Source: Candidatus Omnitrophota bacterium
Lineage (GTDB): Bacteria > Omnitrophota > Gorgyraeia > 2-01-FULL-45-10
Direction of reading: 5' to 3'
Assembly (NCBI GenBank): GCA_026387175.1
Contig: JAPLME010000010.1
Span: forward strand, 62,096 to 126,095
DNA: 64,000 nucleotides
In this document: positions 39,001-51,000 of the stretch, piece by piece
Layout: every line of letters begins with the position of its first letter
Numbering within the stretch: the stretch's first letter is position 1
Program-made: the position numbers and the translations under genes
Notes under the pieces: model-generated
Databases searched by the model: none
What the model saw: only the letters and a program-made list of their open reading frames with translations
What the model was told of the DNA's origin: nothing

Positions 39001-42000
39001 ATGCTTAAAGAGAACCACTGTCTCGACGCGGTAGAAAATATGATGGAAGCGTCGATGAAATTCACCGATGACTCAAGTAAATGCCGTGTTGTCGCGGCGG
39101 CCTCATTAATGCTCGAGGGAGCCATCAATAACGTACAGTCGTTCGACAGGTCAAAGATCGAAGCGTTTGCCGCGACGTTCAAGGAGATATTAAAGAGCTA
39201 TATGCTGACCGTCGGCGGCGCCTCTGACACTGCGGTCAAAGAAGCGGACGCGTTCCTGAATGCCGTATTCGGGCCTACTATAGATCTGGACATACTCAAG
39301 AACGGCTTAGAGAAGATGAACAAAATCCTGACGCCGCTTCTCAAGACGACCACCGCTCTCGACATGATGATAGGCCAGTCTAATTATACGGTAGCCCTGA
39401 CTTACGCGCTTGGCGGCCGTGATGGAATGGAGCTTATGGTAACCGCCAGTTTAAGCGTGCTGCCGGCCGCTTTCCGTGACGCGAGAGGTATCATCGATAC
39501 CTTTAAGGTCGACCAGGTCTCAGACCTCCTTAAATTAAGCCCAGTCGATAAGTCGGCATTAAACGGCTCCCTCGCTGGGAAGGATATTGGGCCCGTAATC
39601 TTTACAACGACGAATGGCACCGATTTTACGCTGGGCGCGCTTACTCCTACCACTGGAGCGGCACCTGCAGCTACCGCCGCCGCTGTCGAAGCTGCTAAGG
39701 CATCCGCCATTTCAAAAGATAACGCCCCCGCCGCATTGGGCCTGTCCGAAAATCGTTTATCTGCGGATGCCAGCAGAGAACTGATGTCTTACGTTTCTGA
39801 TGGTATGAGGAAGGCCGCTGGTCTCACAGGCTCAGAGGATATTTACTTTGTTGCCCGTACATCGGGAGGTAAGACAGACTATGTTGCATATAAGGAGGGA
39901 GACAGTAACTCGCCCTTTACCCTATCGAGAAACGGGGAGGGTGTGTGGTATCTCTCTCATTACGGCGATAATTATTTCTATGGCGGCACATATAAGACCT
40001 CATCCGAGATCAAAGAGATCGGCGAGAAACGCGGGATGATAAATTGTTCCTTCGATCTGACCACCGGCACGCTAAGCGGCCAGCTTCTCAAAGACGGTGT
40101 TACGCATGATGTGAAGATGTTCCTGAGCGGATGGCTCATGGCAGTGGACGGGAAAGCGATAGAGACGATTTCCAACTACAAACTGAACGTCAAGAATGCC
40201 GCCGGTGATACCGTTTCAATGGCCGGCAAAATGGAAGTATGGGGCTATGATGCTAGTGACACTCCGTTTGGCAGGTTCAGCCCATCCGAAGCGATAACTA
40301 TACCATGGGTACAGGAGATACTGTCCAGCGCGAGAAGCGCGGCGGATGCAGTGAAGACGGCCTCAGGTTCTGGAATGCCGGCGCTTCCCCCAGAGCTTAA
40401 GAACATTGGCCTGACCGTAAGCACCGGCGCGGACGGTGTGAATTACATCGAGATGACATCCCAGAGCGCTCTCGTAGTGGTGGGTGGTCAGCTTATGCCG
40501 TTTGCCAACCCGCAGGATGTAGCCATTAAAGCCGGATATACGGAGAAGGACGCTTACGGCAAAACGATCATGGTTTATAGTACGGATGCGATTGTAACAG
40601 GTATCGATGCCCAGGGTAACAGAATGTACGCGTCGGAGTGCTTCTATGAAAAGGAAGTCGCCGGAACGATGGTGCAGTATGTGTACGTTAAGGACATGGT
40701 AGTGACGGAGACCGGCGAGAAGGTGACAGGAGAGTTCTGCCTTGCCGGACAAAGGATAACCCGGGACTGTGCATTCTTCGGCGTTCCAGGCACCTATAAA
40801 TTTAACTTTATATCAGGCAGTGATTTTGAATTTGAAATTAACGGAAGAACGGTGAAGGCCGGCGGCTTCGAACTCGATCACGCTGTCGGACAGAAGATAT
40901 CGATTCCGGGCGCGACTTTAGAAGTAGTCGAAAACGATAACGGTGTTAAGAATATCAAGGTCTATTATACAAATGCGATATCCGCCTCGACATCTACCAG
41001 GGTGGGAGAGCTTACTATCGGACCCCGATCGCTTATCTTCGATGCCGCGAGCCTCGCCGCGGGAGGCCCTAGGGTGATCGCGTACCTTGTTGACGATGTC
41101 GCGATACAGGGCTCGACGCTGCGCGAATGCGTGCTGAAGAATGGCGCCCAGTTGGCGATTGGCATGGACGGGTCCTTCGTAATACAGCAGGGCACGATCG
41201 TCTCGGGATGCGTGGAACGCTTAAATATTAATGGTATGCAGGTCGCCCCAGGCCAGCAGAAGGCCGGAGAGTCGGGCGGAGCCGCTCCAGAACCGGTCAG
41301 GCTCGGTCACGACGCGGAAGGTACGCACATTCTCTTCAAATCCATCTCGGTAGTAAACGGTGATTTCGCGCTTTCATTAGGGCAGGAGATGGTCATTGAC
41401 AGCAGCTTTACGTCCGCTCCCGCGGGTACCACATTCGCTCTCGGTAAAGCTATCCTCACCGCGACCGGTAATAACTGCATCCTTAGCGGCACAGACGGCG
41501 TTACGCAGTTCACTGGACAGCGCATTGATATAGTGAGGAATGATAATGGACAGATAGCATGGGGAATACCAGGCCTCGCGGATTATCTGGCCGGTAGCGA
41601 CGTGAAGATGAGGGATATCTATAAGATGACTCTTAGGGGGGAGTCTATCGGATATGTGGCGACGGTCGAGACGGAAGGGGGGACGGCAAGAGTCAGCTTT
41701 AAGAGTATAGATGAGCTTAGAGCGGCCGCAGCGAATTTCGTGGATAATATGGAGAGGCGCGAGGTCACCCTGACAGATATCCATAATACTCTTAACGGAG
41801 AGAGGAATATCCCCGTTTCGAAATCCGATCTCTTGAGCCTGATGTGGCGCTACAGCGCGGCGAAAGGCAATGCCTTCGACGACTTTATTGACAGGATTGA
41901 AAGCGGCGAGATGAACCGCGCTATCGTAGACGGTATTATCAATTCGGGTGCCGGTCTAGAGAATCCGATCAAATATTCCATCCTCGAAGCCCTTACCATA

Positions 42001-45000
42001 GCGGGAGGACTCGACAAGAAGGTCTTTAATGCTCTCAAAAACAGGATAGAGAGCGCCGACGTAACCACTCAAGATATAGACGGAATACAAAATGGCGCCG
42101 CAGCCATTAACAAGAAGTTATCTGAAAAAGATCAGATTAAGCTCACGGATAAGGAGATACACATCGCGCTGATAACGATGAATGATAAAGAGCTTGCGGA
42201 TATCAGGAATAATATAGGTAATCCGGACATAAACGCCAAGAATATAACCGACACGATCAAAATGATCGATGCTGCGGTAGGAGAAAAGTTCAGCAGTACC
42301 CAGGTCTTCATGATGCTGATGAGGATGAGCGAGACAAAGCTCGATAACTTCATATCGCACATAGGTGATGCGAGGATAAACGCCGAAAATGTAAATGCTT
42401 TGGTTGACAAAGCTCAATCCGCCGCAGGAGTTGATCTTTCTAAGATGCAGGCCTTCATGATGCTGATGACTCTGGACGATAAGAAGCTCGATAACTTCAT
42501 CGCGAACCTGGACAACAAAGCCATAAATAGCGGCAGTATAGGCCTTGTGGTAAAGATGAGCGGGATTATGGGCAAGGGGATATCCAGAGAACAGGCCTTC
42601 TTCATGCTGATGTCGATGAGCCCATCTGCGGTGGGGAGTTATCTCGCTGGGATGAGGGAAAAATATGAGTTCTTGACGAATAACCAGGAAAAGATACAAA
42701 ACTACCAGAAAGCTCTTACTGAAGTAACTGGCAAAAAAGCTACACTGGCCCAGGCAATGCAATACGCTATTAGGGCTGGAGAGAATCCGCGGGACACTGC
42801 ACTTTCAAAATACGGCACTTTAGAAATGATCGGCCAAAAACTTCTTGATCAAGATAAGCTTGAAACAGCCATAACTACGGCGCTTAGTTCCTCATTGATG
42901 TTGGATCCGACGGCCCAGCTTGTGGCTGCGCTGACGGATACCTTAAGCAAAGAGTTAAAATCTCCCGCGCTTGAGCCCGGAGTGGAAAAGGCGTTATATA
43001 CTCTTCGAGCAATGAGGCTAGATGAATATGCCCTTCAGGCAAACGAATCCAATAAGGCACAAACATTATTACCAGGTACGAGAGCGGATGCGGCGCTTCA
43101 GTGGTCGGCGGCTGACGGGAAGTCATTTAATCTTGGAGGAGATGATTTTGGAGCTTTGGTTGATTCGCTCAAATATGTCGGCCAGGTAATACAGCTTGAC
43201 GCCGTAGCATACAAATTCTCAGCAGAGATCCAAACATGCCTGGTGCAGAAATTCGGGACCGACATCAAAAATATTGTATCAGGGATCTCTATTGCTGCTG
43301 TGATGCGAAGTTCCGAGGTGTCTGATGAAAAGATCATCGCCGCGTTTTCCGACCAGGCAGTTCAGGCAGTGCTCTATGGTAGATCCGCCGAGATGAGCAT
43401 AGTGACGGATGCGACCGGTACTTACCTGAAAGCCGTGCTCGATTGTTCAGCGAAGCCGATTACGTCAATGGTGAACGGCAAAGAGCTCCTATTCTCGAGC
43501 ATGCTGAGCCCTGACGGGATGACTTCTACGCCATTCTTATCGTTGCGGCTCCTTGGGAACGGCAGCTGGCAGACGCTCAATAGCATGGCCGCCGTTACTA
43601 ATGAAGCGCTTAATTCGGCTGATAAATCGACAGGCATATATACCCTTAATAAAAATGCTGTTATCCGTCTCAATGCCGATGGTGGCATGAATATCGCGAA
43701 TGGCGTGCTTACCCTCGAAGGCAGCGCATATATAAATGCGTCTGTCGAAATGGGTGGTATTGCAGTGGCGAAAGGTCTCCCCGGTAAAGGCGGGGCTGGT
43801 GAAGTGCAGACGATCCATGTTACCGGTGATGGTATTCTATATAATGGCACTATCACTATTTCCGATGACAGGGCGGTGATAACCGAGAAACAGGTCTTTC
43901 TGTTAGACAGCGGCGCTTCCCTTACCGTTCATAATGGTGACATCACAAAAGAATATAAAGTCGATATCTGTATGGTCAATGGCGATTTGCAGCGTTTAGA
44001 CTGGGCGGTTCATGGTGTGACCGCTAAACAGGAGATAGCAAAATTCCTAAACAATCTCCTTGCTGGCGCTCTCGAGATAAGGATGGGCACAGATGCTATA
44101 CGTAGCGGCCTGGGAGATAATGCACCCATAGATTCAAAAGCCATTGAAGCTCTCGCAAAAGGAATCGCGAATAATGATATCGGATACAAGGAGGCATTGG
44201 AAAAGATTTCCGAATGGGGCAAGGTCTTCAAGGTAACGGAATTTGGTACTGCCGCCGATGGCTTCGCGGGTTTAGTCACGGATAGCGGCGCAAGCTACGA
44301 TCTTGTCAAAGAATTTAATGCCAGATGCGTCGATATATCGGCTATGTTCGGGGTAAAAAATGCGGAGACCCTAAGAACGGATATGAGAAAGATGCTTGTT
44401 GAAGGAATCGCTTTGGCGGAAAAAGCCGTGGCCGCAGAAAAGTATAAACCTCTCTCTACCGATGATTCTGAAAGATCCCTGACGACTTATCGAGGCGCTC
44501 TTGCAAGACTTGATAGTGGTGCGCCGTTATCAGAAGTGATGGATATAGTGCGCTATGTCTATCATTCTTCGCTATTCGGCGGAGTAAGCCGGGTAAGCGT
44601 CGAAGATGAGCTTGGTATCGCAAAAGTGGGTATGAGTACGGATGGAGTTCTCGATATGGCAAGGAGTTATGAAAGAGCTATGATCGGTGGTGACCTTGTT
44701 GGGGCTTTTGCCATCCTGTCGAGCGAAAAATACAATGCGGCAGTGCAGGCGGTAACGCTATTGGGTGATGAGATAGGTCAGGATACTGCGCGCCGTATCG
44801 CTTTCGGGGACGATAAGAGTGCCAAGATGCCCACGATAGATCAGCTTACGAATGCGATCATGTTAGGCGGAGAGAATGCCCTTCTCGCGAAAACAAAGGT
44901 GGAGGAGATAAGAAGTAATAATGAGCTCTGGGCAGAGTCGAGATCCACGTGGTGGTATCAGGCATCGAGCGCCCTGATGGGCAAGCAATATGAAAAAGCG

Positions 45001-48000
45001 GATAGCTGGGATATCGCGAAGGGTGCGGCGAAAGGAAGCCTGGCTATAATTGCTGCTACGACCATTTTGGTCCTTTCAGGCGGTACTGCTAGCGTTGCGC
45101 TTGGGACGTTTGGTAATTTCATGCTGGGTGCGGCTTATGTAGGCGCTGGGGCCATGGCACTGAACCTTGGCGCATATACTGCATACGGGATGATTACGGG
45201 GCGTGATCTTTATACAGGACAGCAGGCTTCAGCGTGGGGCGCGATCGGCGGAGCCATTGGTGGTCTTGGCGAGGGATTTGCATTTGCTCTCGCGTTCCAA
45301 GGCGCTGGTGCGCTTCTGGGCAATTTCAGCAAAATCGCATCAGCTGCTGAAACTGGATGGAAAGCATATGCTGTGCAGGGAGTTACCTCCGGCTTGATGG
45401 GTGGCGTTATTAACGTCGGAAGAGAATGGCTTACTAGTGGAAATGACTACTCAATATTCAGTAAGGAAGCGGCTCGAGACTTTGCCATAGGATTCGGGTT
45501 AGGCGCGATCGGTGGATACCTCGGAGCTTGGGGCGTTAATTTCGTGAACTTAGGAGGGGCTGCCCATACAACTATCCAGACGTTGGTTACAGTGGTTAGT
45601 ATGGGCATTGTAAGTGCCATAGGTGGTCTTATCAATAGAGCTTACTTCGGAAGCCAGGGCTGGAAGAGCGGCCTCGGTAACTGGAATACCTTATTAGATT
45701 TTGGCTTTGGGGCGAGTATCGCCGCTGGATTAAAGCTTGCCAGTGCAGGGCCAGCAGGCGCTTCAAGATTTATAAATTTTGCCGGAGTTAATGGCGGTTT
45801 CTGGGGAAGCATGAATGGCGCTATCGCAAGGACGCTTATGGTGACCACATCCTCGATTGCGATAAGCATTTTCCACTACCGTGACAAGATTTGGGTAGGT
45901 GAAGATAACGTTTTCAACTCCTCCAACTTCCTGCTTGCGGCAGCGAATGGCCTTATTACGGGCCTATTCATCTCATATATCTTAAGTCCGCGCGGCATTG
46001 GCCATTTGGCAGGCAAGGAAATCGGTGGTGTTAAAGATGGCGTGGCCCAGAAGATCATCAAAATTACAGATACTACCAGCGCAAATATCACGTGGTGGCC
46101 TGGAAAGACACTACCCATTAATTTCCCTGGTGCAGGTCTTCTTGCGGAAGGCATCAGAGGCGCCATGGTATTCACATTTATTAGTCCAATGTTCTATACC
46201 TTTAATACGCTTGTGTGGAATCCATTGATCAAGGGTGAAAAGACGGGCTGGAGTTGGGAGCAGTTTGCGGCAAGCATACCGCAAGGATGGATCTCAGGGT
46301 TCTATCTACAGCCTCTGATCAGTATATTTACCATAGAGCTTACCCGTCCCGAAGGCTTTGGGCAAGTCTTTACGCAGAGTGGTCTTATAGGCAAGGCGAT
46401 GGCGATAGGAGAATATGCGGTATCATGGATGAGGGGAAAGGCATTTGCTGCTACCGAAGATACTCTATGGATGAGAGGTATTGCTGCTCTGGGCGGGCGT
46501 GTAGGTGCCGGTATAGTCGCGCTTGATCAGTATGCGTGGATATCCGGTTTTGTCACGGGAATAGATGCCGCGCTGGATCTTGTATCGGGTCAACGACTCA
46601 ATCCTCTCACCGGCAAGCCTGAGTCCACGGGACACATCGGTTTCTCGCTAGCCTCCAGAGAGATTCTCTCGTGGGCCGCGCTATTTATACTGCCGATGGT
46701 TAAATATACGGTAGAGGCACAAATAAATATCGCTCTCAGGAGCCTTGACAGGAGCGTGAAGGTTTCTTCCGCAGAGAAGGCAGAGTTCTACAGCTTTGTT
46801 GCCGGTATACGGGAACTGCAGGGAAAGGAGCAGGTGAAAATATTAGAAAGCCTTGCTAAATACGGAGAGACAACTTTCAAGGATCATGCAGGCAGGTTTG
46901 TTTCATATTATCTTAAAGAAGGCATGACTCCTCTTGCTACGAACGAGCTCATAAGGATGGGATATGGTGAAAGGAATTTTGAATTCCTGAGAGATCTCTG
47001 TTTGAGTGACGTGACTAAGCCTGACCAGAATATCAAAATCGAAGGTGTTGACATTAGTATCGATAAGTATATGTCCGGGATAGGGGACTCCCTCTTTATA
47101 ACAGCTATCGCGAATTCTGGTATTAATCTGAGAGATCTATGTCTATCGATCGATCCAGGTAAGATGGAGACGCTTGGTACTGTATTGGACAGGATGCAAG
47201 ACGTGCCGGCTGTTTCCGAAGCCCTCAAGGACGTTACGCTGAGAATGGATGCCCAGATGGCATTAGCAAAACTTGCGGGCCTCGAGACCGCATTTGCGGT
47301 AAACGCGCAACGCAGAGAGGAATATGTAATTAAGTATAATGAAGCGGTGCGTGAGTCAGGGTTAAAGCTGAGCGATGGTGAATTTACCAATGAGCAATTT
47401 GATGGTAGAGCTGTTGAGCAGAACCTTAGGGAGAGAATAAAGTTTGCCCAAGATGCTCAGGCGCGAGGAGAGAAAGTTGATGGGGCTGAGCTTATGAAGA
47501 TGAAAGATCTCCTGACAAGGCTGGATGTTATGAGAGGAGAATATGAGAATATAACCTTCGTTGTCATTGGCAAGGAGAATATTGCCAATTTCAGAGAAAA
47601 GAATATGATCGTCGAAGAAGCGTCGAGCGGTAAAGGCAATATGGACTATATACTCCTCGAAGGCGCTATCGAGAATCTTATCAGATTCAATCAGGATGAT
47701 ATCATGAAGCCGCAGAAGGAAGAGACGGAGACGAATAGAGGCTTTGCTAAAAATTGGGAGAATTTCACTATTCTGATTAAGGACGGACTCAAGGGTGGTT
47801 GGGGTAAGATGATGGAATATTTCACGGAAAAGAAGTTTACCGAGGCTAATGTTATCGAGGTCTTTGGCGGCAAGTTGTCAGGTGATTTCATCGAGCAAAA
47901 AGGTAGAGAGCTTACTGGTGGGCAATTGGTGAATGGAAAAATCGTTGGCGGGAAATCAGATGCCGATGTTAATGGTAAGAATGCTATAAAAGGTGATGCT

Positions 48001-51000
48001 GCGCGCATTATCATGAAGGATGCCCTTGGAAGGCTTCAACAGCAGATGGAGATACTGAGAAGCGCAGGTGACACCAAGTCAGAAAACTATAAGGACCTTA
48101 ATTGCATGACTAGAACGCTCAAAGAGTGGATTGAGTGCAGTGAAATTATGGGCGATGGATTTGCCTTACAGCCATCTCAGTTGGCATATACCTATCTTAT
48201 GGCTCGTTCAAAATTAGCTCAGATGGAAGGGAAGAATATAGGCCTTCCGACGTTTGTAGCAAGGGTCGGTGCAGGAAAGATGGACGGAAATATCATTGGT
48301 TGTTTTATCGCTCTGGGCATGTATAAAGAGGCGACCGGTAAGGGCGCGAAGATGGTAATCATTGTCGATGCATCCAGGACGGATCTTGTTAGTCAGAATA
48401 TTACAGTTGCTGACAGCATGAAACTTGTCCTAAAACTCGCTGGCAGGGGAAGCTACGAAGATCTTGCAGTATATAAGGTGGCTTCCAATGAAGGCGCAGG
48501 CGGCAATGTGCTGGCGCATCAGGCGACCTTAGGTAAGGATACTGCCGGGAAAGATGTGGTAATTATTTCGGAGGATGGCATAACTGATAAGAGCAAGATT
48601 TCTGAACAGGCTATGTTTTTCGCGACGACAAGGGATATCCAGGAACAGATTGCGCGAAGTAGAGATGGCCAGTCAAGCCTCATGACCGAAGGTTTTCTCG
48701 ATAGTCTGCATATAGATGAGATCCAGAATACGATTGCGGCAAATGACCTCATTAAGAGCGCGGGACACGATCTCTATAAGAGGTTGCAGGTGCTTTCGCC
48801 TGACCTTGCGGCCAAAATAGAGTATCGTTCGAAACTCATTGACAGTATGGTCAGATATGTCGCAGGAGTTCTCGATGTAGAAGGTGACTCGTGGGACGCG
48901 GATGTATTGAGACAGGCAGGGCTTATTGAAAGTGTCAAGGGTGCCGCCAGAAGGACATTTACACTCAATGAGGCCTTGACCGGGAAATTAGAGAATATGG
49001 TAAAAAGTGACTCACTATTCAGCGCATATATTAATGAAAAAGGTGAGCTCAGTTCAAGTTTCCATGATTTTATCAGAGAAGTGGTGACATCCTGTCTCAT
49101 GAATGACAGAGAATATTATAAAGACGATATGCGGCAGGCTTATGTGATGACTGATGGGGATAGTGGAATGCCTATGCCTAATACAATATTCGGTGATAAT
49201 CTTAGGGCTGCCTGCGTGGCGGCTAAACATGGCTGGGGGATTGAAAAGATAGCGGATTCATTGTTACAGCACTCTTACATGAATGTTTCGACCGCTGATG
49301 TGATAAAGGCGTTTGGTGCATGGAATACCACGGGAGGCACTGGTACTGCTGAAGGCACAAGAAAGACTATAGAGAATATCAATGATAAAGCGCCAGGCCA
49401 TCTTGCCAAAGCCACCACAGAGACGCCGCTCATCAATAATTACCATTTACTGAGAAATGGTGAGGATGCGACTAGAAATGAAGGAGCTGTCCAGGTAGGT
49501 GAGAGCATTAAACGAGGTACCGATGCAATAGCTATTACAAGTGAATCGAGGAACGTTTGCTATGACATGTATGGCCGCGTGAAAGACGCGTACAAAAATA
49601 TGCCTGTCTATATTCTGATCAGAGGAGAGACAGATGGCGGTCTTACTTGCAGAATGGCGGATGGTAGTTATATGACGTTCAATGATGCCGTTAAAGATAT
49701 AAAGACCAGATTTAATGACGGCGAAAAGATGGTCGTTATTATTCAGGGTCTCTCGACAGGAAGTAACATATTCGGGCTGAGGGAAGGGGTCTCGAGAAAA
49801 GCGGACGTTATAAAACTTGGGCTTACCAGTTACGACAACCTGCGCCAGATAAGCGGTAGAATTAACGATGAAGGCGGAAAGCGTGCCCAAGGAGGGAATT
49901 TCATCCAGATAGTGAATATGTTTGACAGAGATATTAAGGATTCCGAAAAAGCGCTTTTGAGCGATCTCGCCGAAAGCAAGGACCCCGTTGACCAGGAATA
50001 CCTTAAGCTAGCCATTATAGCTATCCAGTCGGAAATTAACATGGAGATCGATGAGAGCAGGCTACAGCAGTTCATGGAGAAGTCTGGTAATTCGCGGGCA
50101 AATATAGCTGAGAAGATGGCTGATATCAGGAGGAGCTCGGAAGGAATGCTGACATTGCAGGATGTGGTATCGAAGAGCATACCGGTCACAGTGGCCGGTA
50201 TAGGAATGATCCAGGGCATATCTCCAAGCGGTAGTAATGCATTGACAAATATGATGGTCGATATGACAGAGTCGGGAGGTGTAGATCTGGTCTTCAGGAA
50301 CAGGAACATAAACGGCGCTTACGATGATATTGTCATCGATGCGGTAACCGGCAAGGTTGATTCGAATACGCGGCTTACTTATGATGGTGCGGTCTTTGTG
50401 AAGAACGTGATTGCCGCCAATAATCTCTTAAGTGCCGCCGCGGATGCCCGTCAAGCGATTGCATTTGCCCTAAAGGATGCGGGGGTAATGACAGATGGTA
50501 TTACGACAGCTTTGGGTAATTATATAGAAGTAGAAAAAGGCGGTTCCACTGGTGTTAATATAGATGCAACGTTAGGGCTTGTAAAGGAACTGCGTACAAA
50601 TGGAATCTATGACGGCATTATGCCCATCAGCGTTCTGATAAATAACCTGGTTGCAATCGGAAACTTCTGGGGCGGTATCAAAGCTATTTCTAACACAGGG
50701 CATACTATGACGAAGGATGAGATAACTTCGATGGTAAAATCTAGTGATATCAGGCAATCTTTTGTGGATTATTGTGGGCGGATCGGTATAGAGACAGTAT
50801 TGATTAATGTCCTTAAGAATAATATAAAGGCAGAGAGAAATTTGCGTTTTATTGAAGAAAATTTGGCGACCGCTATCAAAATTTACGGACCGCAATCGCG
50901 CGAGGTCAAGAGCTTGCAGACCCAGGTTGAAAAAGCCCAGAGTAGCCTTAACATGTACACGATCTCGGTCAGGGAGTTCTTAAAGAATCAGGATCAATAC

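Noticed and set aside
35943-39182. Long minus-strand ORFs (509 aa at 35943-37472; 398 aa at 37986-39182; also 333 aa at 23422-24423 and 355 aa at 53781-54848) antisense to the giant gene
   Set aside because: They lie entirely inside the 56-kb plus-strand CDS. Their translations are low-complexity (Ala/Ser/Leu/Pro-rich), typical of shadow ORFs opposite GC-skewed repetitive coding sequence. They have no Shine-Dalgarno sequences or motifs.
48280-48320. Possible P-loop NTPase (ARVGAGKMDG) with loose resemblance to the SecA/DEAD motif I region
   Set aside because: Not a canonical Walker A (GxxxxGK[ST]): there is no Gly at position -6 and Met follows Lys. The resemblance to SecA (TGKG...V.VV...RD) is too short to trust without an HMM search.
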